Positions 52,141-64,000 of a stretch of DNA of 64,000 nucleotides are shown here, piece by piece (position 1 is the first letter of the stretch; each line of letters opens with the position of its first letter). Source of the DNA: Chiloscyllium plagiosum. Taxonomy: Eukaryota. The notes beneath the pieces are model-generated. The model was given only the letters and a program-made list of their open reading frames with translations. It was not told the DNA's origin and searched no databases. A program made the translations under genes and the position numbers. Location: NCBI RefSeq assembly GCF_004010195.1, contig NC_057749.1, forward strand, positions 19,151,538-19,215,537, read 5' to 3'.

Positions 52141-52954
52141 GTAAAATATATTCTGGCCATGTGCTATAAGAAAGTTTCATTTGTACTGTACTATATATTG
52201 AAATCTTTTAAAGTTGCTTGTTTTAATATGCAACAACATATATATTTGGCAATAGTTTCACAAGATAAAATGACTGTATAAGTCCTTGCAATGCTTTCCG
52301 TATTAATAATTATTTGGTAGTACAGAACTTGAGTATTTCTGAAAAATGGCATTTTATTGAAGTTCTTCCTCTTTTACCATTAGGTCAATACGCAATTATA
52401 CCAATTGAAAGGAAAATTACATTTATGAGAAGAGAGTGCTGATTATTTGATGTGAACTCTGATTGACAAAGCATTGCCATGGGAATGCACAAATTAATGA
52501 TTGACCTTAACTTCTGAACTTCATTTACAGCCAGCTATTTCACACTTGCGCTATGTAAGAGCAACACAATTGGTGTTCACCATTAATAAGATGCTGCCAT
52601 GAAGCCAAAAAGACATTCTTCCTATCACACAAATGAGCACTGAATTTCAGTGCTGGTGTGATGCCATGCCATGGTGTCAGCCATACATCCCAAAAATTAG
52701 CAGATCATATCAAAACAATATATCAGTTCAGGTATTCACAACAAACAAGGTACTGACCCAACCTGCCCACATTGCAACACAAGGTCCAACAATGGATGTG
52801 ATTCTGCAACTGGACAACATTTCTGAATAATTCTGAGTGTGCACAGAATTTTGCAGGCAGCCAATTTAGGATTGTCATTCAGGCCCATGGTATGATGCGC
52901 TTACATAGACTGGAAGCTACGTGTATTAATTTTTTTATATGTTACACATATTTG

Positions 52955-53272
52955 GGTGGCATGTGGCTCAGTGGTTAGCACTGCTTCCTCATAGCACCAG
53001 GGACCCAGGTTCAAGTCCAGCCTCAGGTGACTGTCATTGTGGAGTTTGCACAATCTCCCAGTCTCTCTGCAGGTTTCCGCTGGGTGCTCTGGTTCCCTCC
53101 AACAGTCCAATCATGCTAAATTGTCCATAGCATAGGCTAAGGAGATTAGCAATGGTAAATTTGGGGTTATGGGGATAAGTTGAGGGTTTGGGTGGGATGC
53201 TCTTTGAAGGGTCAGTGCAGACTCGATGGGCCATATGACCTCTTTCTTCACTGTAGGGATTCTATGATTCTA
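52955..53272 (+). mobile_element. HE1/V-SINE
   Basis: GTGGCTCAGTGGTTAGCACTGC, GGTTCAAGTCC, V domain, tail GGGATTCTATGATTCT. Confidence 0.9.
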
Positions 53273-53384
53273 ATACAGAGACTCTGTTCTGTGCAAACAG
53301 AGCATGTGCATTCACAGAACCTGTTTCAAATTAATCCCCCCCAAAAAGATGACGGCCATTCACTGGCTCATTGATTAGGTTTAA

Positions 53385-53572
53385 AATTTATCGAAGCTTG
53401 ACAGTTAATTATCATTCTTCGTGACAATCTCCTCTACCAATCAAGAGTTCACTTGCCAACCAATCAGTACTCTCCACTGATGCAGTATGAATATTGATTT
53501 GGTATTCTTATGAATTGTCCTGATGAGTGCAAGATGAAAATCTTCGACAAAATGTGTCTTTTTCTTCCAGCG
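53385..53572 (+). mobile_element. Short CCAAT-box-bearing repeat ending in a hammerhead (family D)
   Basis: Homologous in reverse orientation to 58905-59090 and partly to 52420-52510. Confidence 0.7.
53515..53550 (+). ncRNA. Minimal hammerhead motif (family D)
   Basis: TTGTC-CTGATGA-GT-GCAAG-AT-GAAA-ATCT-TC-GACAA: perfect 5-bp stem I closing a canonical core. Confidence 0.7.
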
Positions 53573-54866
53573 ACACTAAAGTTTCCACATTGTATTAAAA
53601 TGTGCATTGTATCTCGGTGCATAAATATCTCAAGTCTAGATATTGTCGTTAGCAATGTTAACAGATTTATACCCTCTGTTATTCTAATGCAGGAGCTTTT
53701 CCTACCAAACACCATTGAGAATAAGTTGGTTAGCATGTGTGAAAATGGCAGGCACAGGAATGTCCTGCAAACCTCCTAAACATGTGCTTGCCATCAATAA
53801 TTGCTCAGTTATAGTGTCTGCATAGTTATATAAAGCACTTGATAGAGAATTTGGTCTTTGTGCTAAAGTGACCAGTCCCAGCTGTGTTAGTGGCAGGATT
53901 CTGTTGCTGTCCTCTACATGACTGAATTGCAGAATGATTATAGCACATTATGGAGCTAGTCAGTGAGTCTGTCCAAATTTACCTGTTGCCCCTGAGAAGT
54001 GTCCTGGCTTCTTCCCATAGTCCCAAACACTCTCTCTCTCTCTCTTCCTTTTTAGATAACAAACCCTTTTGAATGCTGTGATTGAACCCTGTCTCTGCCA
54101 CATTGTCAGACAATGTATTTTAGATCTCAACCATTTGCTACATGAAAACATTCTCTTCATATCCCCATTGCACTTTTTGCTAATTCGCTCAAATCTGTGC
54201 CCTCTTGCTTCTAATCTTTCGTCTGTCAAATCTCATTTCAACCTTCTCTTTTCCAAGGTAGAGTCCCAACCTCTGCAGTTAATATATTTTAGCATTGTTC
54301 AGGCTGAAGATAACATTGTGATTTCCACTATTAGTTGCTGTCTACTGACTGTAAGGACACCTATGATCCTTGCAAAGCTAGTTCACAATTAAAGGAAGAG
54401 TTGGCAAAAGAGAGCCAATTCACACAAAATCCTCTGTGTCATATATTTTGTTCAGACCCTGGTACAAAGAACAGAAACTTGGGTCAGGGACTAGAGGGTT
54501 GTTAGTGCTTCTGAAATCACAACCCAGCAATAATCATATTTTTCAGGTGGAGGGAGAAAGCAGTAGAAAATATTTGAGAGGGCGCATCATAGATTGTAGA
54601 TATTCTGAAACAGGACTACCTTTCAAAAATAATTTTGAACATGCAGAAGGACAAAACATGGTATTAGAATGAGCTATTGGGCTGAATCCAAAGATCCATT
54701 ACTAAGGTTTCCTGCTTTTTTGCAATCCCCTTTCTTTGCCCCATCTCCCCAATCTGGAAGACAGAAAATGTCTCCCATAAGTACCAGTTAGAAACTTCTA
54801 GGAACTGTGTGGTTTTCCACAGTTTTTACTGTCCCTCTGGCATCAGTCTTGTGATTGAGAACTGCT

Positions 54867-56450
54867 TTCTCAAGACGTATATGGACTGTTTAGATGAATA
54901 CATGAAACACCACAGCATACAAGGCTATGGGCCAAGTCGTAGAAAATGGAATTAGAATAGTTGGATGTTAGAATAGATGGATATGGACATAGGCCCGGAT
55001 GAGATGTGCCCAAGGCTACTGTGTGATGTAAGGGAGGAAATTGCAAGGACTCCAACATTAATTTTAAAATGAGCTCTGGCCACATGAGGGGTACAGGACG
55101 ACTGGAGGATCGCTACGTGGAACTGTTTATCAAGATGGGTGGTAAAGTAAACTAGGAAACTACAGACCAGTGAGTCTAACATCTGTGGTATGGCAACTAT
55201 TGAAAAAAGTCCTGAGGGAGAGAAATAATCTCTGCTTGAAGATTTATTAAGGATAGTCGGGTTGTTATCTAAAGAGGAAAAGTGTGTTTTTGAGGAGAGG
55301 AACATAATTAACAAATTTGATTGAATTATTTGAGCAGATGATTTGGTGTGTAGCTGAGGAGAATGCAATAATCTACATGGAATTCAAGAAGGCTTTTGAC
55401 AAGTTCTCACATGGTAAACTGGTTAAGAAGCTTAGAACCCACAGGAACTGGGGCAGTTTGGCAAATCTGATCTAAAGTTGGCAGGAAGCGATGGGTGCTG
55501 GTCAGAGGTTACTTTTATGATTGGAGACCTGCATTCAGTGGTGTACCACAGGGTTCAGTGGTACCACTGGATCCATTGCTGTCTATAGTGTACATGAATG
55601 ATCTAGATATGAATGTAGGAGGTATGACCAGTAAGTTCATAGGTGACATGGAAATTGGTGCTGTGGTAAGTAGTGAGGGATAAAGCCTTAGACTACAGGA
55701 CGATATATTTGAGCTTGTCAGAGGGGCTAAATAGTGGCAAGTGGAATTTAATGCTGAAAATGAATGAGGTGATGCATTTTGTAGGGATTAACAGGTAGGG
55801 GAGTACATGTTGAATGGTAGCACCCTAAGAAGTACAGAGGATCAGAGGGACCTTGGTGTGCATGTCCACAGATCCTTACAGACACAGGACAGGTAGATAT
55901 ATTAAAAGCATAAGGGATACTTGACTTTATTAGTCAAGGCTTTAAGTGCAAGAGCAGTGACGTTATGATGGAGCTGTATATATTGTTTGATTAGACCACA
56001 GCTCTGGTTGTCACACTGTAGGAAGGTTGTGATTACAGTACAGAGCGTGCAGAAAAGATTCACCAGGATGTTGTCTTGGCTGGAGAGAAACTAGATGGGC
56101 TGTTTTCCTCCGAGCTGGAAAGGCTGACTGAGGATCTGATTGAAGTGTACAGACTTCTGAGGGGTGTAGATAGGGAGAAACATATTCCCTTTGCAGAAGT
56201 TTAGAGGGGATTCAAGGAAACATTTTCACTTCAAGAGTTTATGGGTACGTGGAACTCAGTGCCTGAACACGTAGGAAAGGTAGGAATTCTCAAGATGTAT
56301 ATGGACTATTTAGATGATTTTATGAAACACCACAGCATACAAGGCTACGGGCCAAGGAGTAGAAAATGAGATTAGAATAGATGGATATTTGATAACTGGT
56401 ATAATGGGCTGAAGAGCCTCTTTCTGTGCTGTAAAAACTCTATGACTGTA
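54867..56450 (+). mobile_element. CR1 ORF2 3' half with a ~100-bp direct repeat at both ends
   Basis: GPDEMCPRLL, SGVPQGSV..DPLL, KFIGDME; 54867-54984 repeats 56287-56388. Confidence 0.85.
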
Positions 56451-56594
56451 TAATTTTAGGTTTCAGCATAATGCAGTAACCAGTATTCTCCCCATTTCAC
56501 TGAAGCTGGATTTTGGTTTGTTCTCTCGCAGTCTTTGCTTCTGTCTCATTTGAAGTTTTTGTTAGAATTTCTCTTTTTTGCCTTTCCTTCTCAG

Positions 56595-56778
56595 ATTAAA
56601 AGCAAAAGAGGAAGAATGGCGAGAAGCACAAAGGGGTTTCAATAAGATTTGGAGAGAGCAGAATGAGAAGTACTACCTGAAATCTCTTGATCATCAAGGA
56701 ATCAACTTCAAACAGAACGATACCAAAACCCTGCGTTCTAAAAGCTTACTGAATGAGATAGAGAGCATATATGATGAG
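56595..56778 (+). CDS. SIN3A: SIN3A coding exon 13 ([15 protein letters not shown]...IESIYDE)
   Basis: TCTCAG| acceptor, GAG|GTATAC donor, 184 nt, phase 2-0. Confidence 0.96.
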
Positions 56779-57689
56779 GTATACAGCACATGTGCAACTA
56801 ATGTTTGTTTCTGGGAGAGGGGGAAAGCATCTCCAGCTGTGATTCAAGGTCCATTTGTCTACCATTTGTCTACTGTGATTATTTGTTCAGGACTGTTGAT
56901 CTGAGAATTTGATGAGAAGTGTGATGCAGTTTCAAAGATTGTGACTACACGTCACTGGGATTTTCTGACATTTTGCCTAGAAATTGCTGCCAGTAGTGGA
57001 AATTGTGACTATCTCTGTTTGTGAATCTCCCTTCCTTTCCCTTAGTATTTCTTCCTTAACTCCAGTTCACAATGCTATGTCCCACCCACTAGATTACACC
57101 CATATTATCCCGACTCAAGACTCCTGCAGTTAAACTAATTTCCTAACCAGGTCAATAATTTGCTTTTAATTCCAAGAGCTTTAGCCAACAGTCCATTCTT
57201 AAAGGAGTATTTTAACGTTTCAAGGAACAATGAAGCCTGTAACCTGTGGGAAGCCAGTTCTTGAGGCTTAGGCAATGTAAAGTTATTCAGTAAATAATTT
57301 TCCTGTAGCCCTTGGCAGGCGGTATTTTTGTGTCCTGTTGATAATGTCTGTTACCTGTCTGCAAAGTATATCCATTACAAACATTGGAGATTGGCTTAAT
57401 GTTCATTTCAGGCTAGTAACATGTGTTTGTGCATCACTGATCCTGCTAAATGTGTAGAAGGAAACTGCAACCTGTATTAATTTTGTAAGTGCATAGCTCA
57501 ACAGGAATCACCTTATACAGTTTCAATTCAGAATCCTGGCAAGTGAGATTTAATGCTTTATTTCACAGTTGGGGCAACATCATTGAGACATTAATGATAA
57601 ACTGTCCTTTGTTGGCAAGTTTAAATAACTTCTGAATTTTCTTTCATCTATTACAAAAATGCACCAACTGAAATATCTGGGTGTGTCAG

Positions 57690-58060
57690 TTTTGGTTCCT
57701 TGGTACTGAATCTAATGCTTGTGAATCCTCATTCTGGTGATTTGACCACACAATGCTGTGCTGGCATCTCCTGCAACCCTGAGGGAATGCTGCACCACTA
57801 GAGGTACCATTTGGGTGAGATTTTACTCCTCTTGGGCAGATGGAACCCTGTGCCACTCTTTTTAGGAGAACTATAGGAGGTCTCTTTGATTTTCAACTAA
57901 CATCACTAAAAATATAAGATCTTTAATGTCTGTGGGCTCTTATGAACAAATTAGTTGTTTCAATTCCAAACATTGCATCAGTGACCACATTTCAGAAGTA
58001 TTTAATTAGCACTTTGGAACATCCTGAGGCCATGAGAAGCATTGTATAAGTGAAGTTTTT
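57690..58060 (+). mobile_element. Deu-domain SINE; another remnant at ~59870-60100
   Basis: CTGAGGGAATGCTGCAC..AGAGGTACC...CATCACTAAAA...CACTTTGGAACATCCTGAGGCCATGA. Confidence 0.7.
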
Positions 58061-58201
58061 CTAGGAAAGTGAAATGGCTCAACATAGCACTAAGACAACA
58101 AATTGGATCTGGATTAAATTCTGTACTTATAAAATATAATTAAATCTTTTCAGTATATTTATGCCTAAATATTTCTCTTCTTTTATTTGTGGCATTTTTA
58201 G

Positions 58202-58781
58202 CGACAAGAACAGGCATCTGAGGATCACACACATGTGACATCTGGTTCTCACTTAACATTTGTTTACGAGGACAAGCAGATCATGGAGGATGCAGCCTCT
58301 CTCATTATTCATCATGTGAAGCGGCAGGCTGGGATACAGAAGGAAGATAAATACAAAATTAAACAGATAATTTATCACTTCATCCCAGATCTATTGTTTG
58401 CTCAGCGTGGCGAGCTGTCAGATGTGGAGGATGAGAAGGAAGATGAGGAGGATGAGGAAATGGACATTGACGAGAGCACAGGGACAACAAAAAAGCACAA
58501 TGGCATTGGCAGTAGCCCTTCCAAGCCAAAACTGATGTTCAGTAACACAGGAGCACAGAAACTGCGGGGCATGGACGATGTATATAACCTTTTCTTTGTG
58601 AACAATAACTGGTATATCTTCATCCGGCTTCACCAGATCTTGTGCTCACGACTTCTGAAGATCTACAATCAGGCAGAGAAGCAGATTGAAGAGGAATGCA
58701 GAGAGAGGGAACGGGAGATGCTGACAGGAAAGCGGGACAAAAGTGACAGTCCGGCTATTCAGCTACGACTGAAAGATCCGA
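58202..58781 (+). CDS. SIN3A: SIN3A coding exon 14 (RQEQASE...acidic tract...IQLRLKDP)
   Basis: TTTTTAG| acceptor, A|GTGAGT donor, 580 nt, phase 0-1. Confidence 0.95.
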
Positions 58782-58904
58782 GTGAGTATACACTGGAATC
58801 TCAGTAATCCTTCTCTCTTGGGAAATACTAAATACAGTCACTTTATTTTCCCACAACCAACAAACTGATAGTGATGGTCTGACAGGATCTTTTATGATAT
58901 ATTT

Positions 58905-59090
58905 TCTAATGCTAAAAAGAGACATGTTGTCAAAGCTTTTTGTCTAGCACTCATCAGAACAAACACAAGAATGCCAAATTGCAAATGATCGCAACAATTC
59001 ATACTATAGCAGGAAAAGGGTGCTGATTGGTTGGCAGGTAAACTTTGACTGGCGTAAGTACTGCCATGGAGAAAGCAATGATGCCCCATG
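58905..59090 (-). mobile_element. Family D repeat with degenerate hammerhead (58927-58962)
   Basis: Reverse complement TTGTT-CTGATGA-GT-GCTAG-AC-AAAA-AGCT-TT-GACAA. Confidence 0.7.
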
Positions 59091-61003
59091 GTTGCTGGTG
59101 ACATTGGTTGCTGTATTTTGGCATTTTTACTAATCTTTTCCACATTGAGAAATAGAAGACTGAATTTCAGTGTCGTATTTTTACAGACAAGGGAATCTCT
59201 GCAAGATTAATTAAAAATGACACTTAGATGAAATGCAGTTGGTAAACTGATGTAGTTTTATTTCTTCGTAGACTAAAGAGTGTGCATTTTTCTCATTATG
59301 AATAAATTTTTTTTGCTAATGAGCTGAGAGATAGTTAAAAGTAAAGCATGACTGTTGTTCTTAGTATAAGTAGAAAAAAAGAAATAAAGTTGGAAGTTAA
59401 CATTACTGTCCTTCCCAGTATTAAGTGAAAAAATAAGGAATAAAGATAAAAGTTGAACATTCTACAATGCATCGGTTGCAACAGACTTGAGTTAAAACAG
59501 GCTTACTAACTGTATAAAATCTGTTGCAGTAATTTTGATCCTAGTAAACTGTGGCTGATTTTGAATTTTGTTTTGCATGTTTTTGTTTGTCTTTCTTTGG
59601 TCTATAGATATGTATAGTGCTGCAGTAGCACTTCTAGTAATGTGACTGACTGGTTAACATCTTTCTGCGCTAACACAGTCTAGTAAACAGCAAGCATAAA
59701 TTGTACTGAGGAGAAGAGCCAAATAGAATCACTGGTAACCTCTTGAACCAAAAGGATGCAGCCCACTGCTGTGTGATTTGATCACATGATCGAAACTGTT
59801 GTTCAACTGCAATATTGAATATGTCAGCATGATTTGAAGTTGACATCCTCCTGATAAGACTTTAAAGTAAGGCCCTGGGTGTTGAAGATAACTATGGCAC
59901 TATTCCATGAAGAACAGTGGACACACCCACTATCCTGATTATATTTGACCAGCACTACTGGAAACAGATTGCTCATTCACCTAGTCGCTGTTTGTGGGAT
60001 CTTGCTTTATGATCACCCGTACAACAGCAACAATTTCACAACATAACTAATTCTGCATGAAATGCAGCAGAATATTCTTAAAACAGTTTGTATATGTACT
60101 GTTTCTAGTACTTAAAAAGCCAACAAAATATTGTCAGTGTTTCTATGATAGGCAGTGTTTAGGTTTGTTATTGAAATTATAGTCTTATGAAGCTATTTTC
60201 TCAACTTCACACTCTGTCTTGGGCTAGTCACTAATGAAGAGAATAGAACATAGTAATGAGGCAATGCTGAAAGAGTTTTCAGGCTAACAGAAAAATTCTG
60301 GGAAATGCTATAAATAAATAAAAGCTGAAATATTGCAGGTTGGCTGGAAGTGATGATTACGGTAACTTAATCACAAGCGAGAACTTAGAATGTCACTTTA
60401 AATCTGTGGTATTTTTGATGTTTTGACATGTTTCTCACATTGGATTTCCTCAGAAATCTTCTCCTTCAGGATAATTCATTTTAACATGTGATGTGATCTA
60501 AGGTTCCTGTAATAAAGCAGAAAAGTAATTGCATTAACTTTGTATGGGATGGTACAACACAGGAGCTATTTGGCATATTTTGAATGCTTTGAAAGAATTA
60601 TCAGTTAGTCTTATCCCCCTGTTCTTTGCCCTGCAAATCTAAGCATACTGCTATTCCCTTTTCAATGTTGCCATTGAGTCTACTTCCACCACCCTTTCAA
60701 ACTGCATTTCAGACCTTGTGTAATTTTGTAATACACAAGATGGGGAATGCATATTATATGAGGTGCTGTGTACCTCAGATGTCAAGAATGGTCATTTATA
60801 TGTGCACAAGCGTGGTGTAAGGAGCTGAGTTTTACATGTGGCAGCAGAGGTAAGCATTTTTGTTTTATGTATATGAGAGTCTTGTTTATTTGGGGTTGTT
60901 TGTAATACTTGCATTGCCATAAAATGCACAGGACAAAATGTGATGGGAATAACTTTGAATGTGCAAGGCTTGATGGTGTAACATTTTTTTAAACAAATTT
61001 CAG

Positions 61004-61173
61004 TGGATATCGATGTGGAAGACTATTACCCAGCTTTCCTTGATATGGTCCGGAACCTTCTGGATGGCAACATGGACTCATCCCAGTATGAGGATACACT
61101 TCGGGAAATGTTTACAATTCATGCATTCATCGCTTTTACAATGGATAAACTCATTCAGAGTATAGTCAGGCAG
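61004..61173 (+). CDS. SIN3A: SIN3A coding exon 15 ([17 protein letters not shown]...IQSIVRQ, Sin3 C-terminal/PAH4 region)
   Basis: TTTCAG| acceptor, CAG|GTAAGC donor, 170 nt, phase 1-0. Confidence 0.96.
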
Positions 61174-62499
61174 GTAAGCTGTGGTCAGTCAGAATTCTTG
61201 CCATTTCTTCCTAAGTCTTGATTTACAATCCTGATCTAAAACCACGATAAATTGAATCACAGTGTACCTCTCTCCTATCCATATTAAGCAGACCTTCAAG
61301 ATTCCCAAGGAGCTTCATATGTTTGCCCAGTGTCAAAATTGAAAACACAATTACACAATAAATGTTGGCCTTTTTCAATTTGTTCACACTTTACACGGCT
61401 TGATTGTTTATGGTAAAAGATATTGATAAACATTGGAGTTTGCTCTGGAAAATCTCAGTAACCATTTTTCACTTAACATGCTGCCTTCAGATGAGACTGC
61501 CACCTCATCATTGCAATCACATATGCTTTTGTGTGTTTTTGTGCTATGGTGCAAAATCCCAGAACAATTCAATGATTTTTGCAGTTTCAAGTGGGGAAAC
61601 AGATGTGTAAGCAGACAGGCAGATATTAATTGAACCCTTCAGGGTCATCAGAGTGAAAATCTTCCTTTTCTTCCAATGATATGTTTCATCCACTTTCCTG
61701 ATCTATGCCTCAAAATGCTGGAGTTTAGCCAAGTAGTTTTGTTAGCCTCGCTGCATGTGTGTATCTCAACTTCTGAAATCCAAAGTGGCTTTGTGTCACT
61801 TTCGCATCAAGGTGAGTCTATCCACTCCAGTTACTTCTTAAACAAAATATACTGATGTTGATATTTGGAGAATCCTTAAGAAGGGATGCATATTTGTTCC
61901 ATTGTTTATGACATATATGGTTATATTGACAAAAGGCTAATTTGACACTAAGCAGAAATGAGCTGCAGGTGGGAATTGATTGAGCATGTGGATGTTGAGA
62001 AGGTACATGAGGTTTAGGAGAGACGTTGCAAGGCTGAGACATTTACAAAGATATGAAGTGTAACATCATAATAGTTTCAACCTGGCTAGTGTTGGACTAG
62101 ACCATGCTGAAACTTAAAAGGTTTGGGCTGGGGATGTAGCTTGGCAGAGTTTGGACATAAGAATGTAGGCAAGTTGCAAAGAAACCCAAGTAGGACGAGC
62201 TTGCCCTTTTTGGAGCAGAGACAGGATTAACAGCTGTGGTAAATGAAGACTAGTCATAGAAATTAGGGATCTCTGAAGAGTTTTAGAAAGGTGAAGACTT
62301 TGCCACAGAGAAGAAGAGAGAATGAAATTAAATCTTATTCTGGAGAACTACTAGCTGTGAGTGAGCAGAAGGTAATGTCATAGAATTAAGACATCTGCCA
62401 GAAGAAAGGAAACTTAAGAATTGGGGTAAATTTGAAGACTTATCCAGTGGGGCACAGGTTTTATCCCTGTGATAACTCACTCTGTCTGACTCATTTTCT

Positions 62500-63045
62500 G
62501 TCCTGCTGTTGATGCCTCATGTTTCTTTGCCTACTCCAAGGGAGTTTTAGAAATGATGAATAATTCCTGCATGGCCTTCTGCTTCTTACCCTCATTAACT
62601 TGAGGTCATCCAAAACTCTGCCAATGTCCTGATTTGCCCTTGTGCACACTGACTCACACTGGCTCTCTTTAATCCAAGTTACAATTTTAAAATTCTTGCA
62701 CTTATTTTTAAATTCTTCTGTGGACTTGCCTCTCCCTGTTGCTATAATCCCATCCAGTCCCACAACCATCTGAGAAGTCTGTGCACTGACATCTTGATTT
62801 TCCACACTTGGCCATTGTTCATGCCTTCAGTGACCTGGGCCCTAATCTCTAGAATTCCCTTCCTACAAGAGTCAGTCTCTTAACCTGACTTTCCTCCTTG
62901 AAGATGCTCATTAAAATCTACCTCTTTGGCCAAGTTTTGGTCATCTGCTGTAATATGTCCTTATGTTACTTGGTTTCAACTTCTGTTTACGATGACAAAG
63001 CAATAACTTTTATGTTAAATACTCGATATAATGACAATTTATTGT
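62500..63045 (+). mobile_element. L2-clade LINE 3' fragment
   Basis: Colinear with 12990-13290 and 14024-14260 (TTTTAAAATTCTT..., CTCTAGAATTCCCTTCC, TTAAAATCTACCTCTTTGGCCAAG). Confidence 0.65.
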
Positions 63046-63526
63046 CATAATTTTTGCATGATTTGGAGTATGTTTAAATTGTCCTCTAATGATGTGTTAG
63101 TCGAAACATTTCATTATCCCTTTTATTTTTCTAAAACAATACTTTGTAAGTTATAGCTTTAAATTCAGTACCATTATTAAACAATTGCCTGTGGTCAGGT
63201 GCAGTTAGGATCGCTGTTCTGGTCCATAAAGCAAGGACAAATTTGTTTTACTTCTGATTTTACTTATGTTGTTTTAATTTCATGGGTTTGGAAATTCATG
63301 TGCCTTCTCAATAAATAACACTTATTGGTATGGATCTTTTTGAATTGCTTAGAAATGAATGAAAGTTGGATAAAAGTTTTTCTGTGAGCAGGAAGAATTC
63401 ATGGTGCACCTTATTACAGGGTAGTGGCAAAAAGCTTGGAAGCTGCTGCCATAGGCAGTGCATTTTAGACTGACAGTTGTATAAAAAGTGCCCGTGTAAA
63501 GAGAAAACCAGAGCCATTGGTAAGAC

Positions 63527-64000
63527 TCATAGAGTCATAGACATGTACAGCATGGAAACAGACCCTCCGGTCCAACTCGTCCATGCTGACCAGATTCCCA
63601 ACCTAATCTAGTCCCACTTGTCACACTTGGTCTATATCCCTCTAAACCCTTCCGAATCATATACCCATCCAGATCCCTTTTAAAAGGTGCAATTGTACCA
63701 GCCTCCAGCACTTCCTCTGGCAGCTCATTCCATACATGCACCACCCTCTGTGTGAAAAAGTTGCCCCTTAAGTCTATTTTATATCTTTCCCCTCTCACCG
63801 TAAACCTATGCCCTCTAGTTCTGGACTCCCCCACCACAGAGAAGAGACCTTTATCTATTTATCCTATCCATACCCCTCATGATTTTATAAACCTCCATAA
63901 GGTCACTCAGCCTCCGACACTCCAGGGAAAACAGTCCTAAGCCTATTCAACCTCTCTGCATAGCTCAAACCCATCGCCCTGGCAGCATCCGTGTAAAAAT
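63527..64000 (-). mobile_element. CR1/HER1 3' end, continues past window
   Basis: ESRTRGHRFTVRGERYKIDLRGNFFTQRVVHVWNELPEEV plus tail. Confidence 0.92.

Overview
Vertebrate genomic DNA, very likely from a cartilaginous fish (inferred from its HE1/V-SINE, Deu-SINE and HER1/CR1-type repeats). The window carries the 5' ~80% of SIN3A (Sin3 transcriptional co-repressor / HDAC scaffold) on the + strand. There are 15 coding exons from 17199 to 61173, all GT-AG and in frame, totalling 3027 nt (1009 codons) and covering PAH1-3, the HDAC-interaction domain and the start of the C-terminal domain. The promoter/first exon and the 3' exons appear to lie outside the window. Introns are filled with decayed CR1 and L2 LINEs, SINEs and Penelope-like elements (PLEs). 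The most notable non-coding signals are: (i) about nine minimal hammerhead-ribozyme motifs from at least four repeat families, several in tiny TSD-flanked insertions (about 105-400 bp; the same family also left a 30-bp tip-only insertion); (ii) a ~515-bp-arm inverted duplication between the two PAH1 exons; (iii) a 3-codon uORF whose stop overlaps the SIN3A ATG. There is a 603-N assembly gap at 5569-6171. Exon coordinates were read from splice sites; most repeat boundaries are approximate and all family names are from recognition, not database search.
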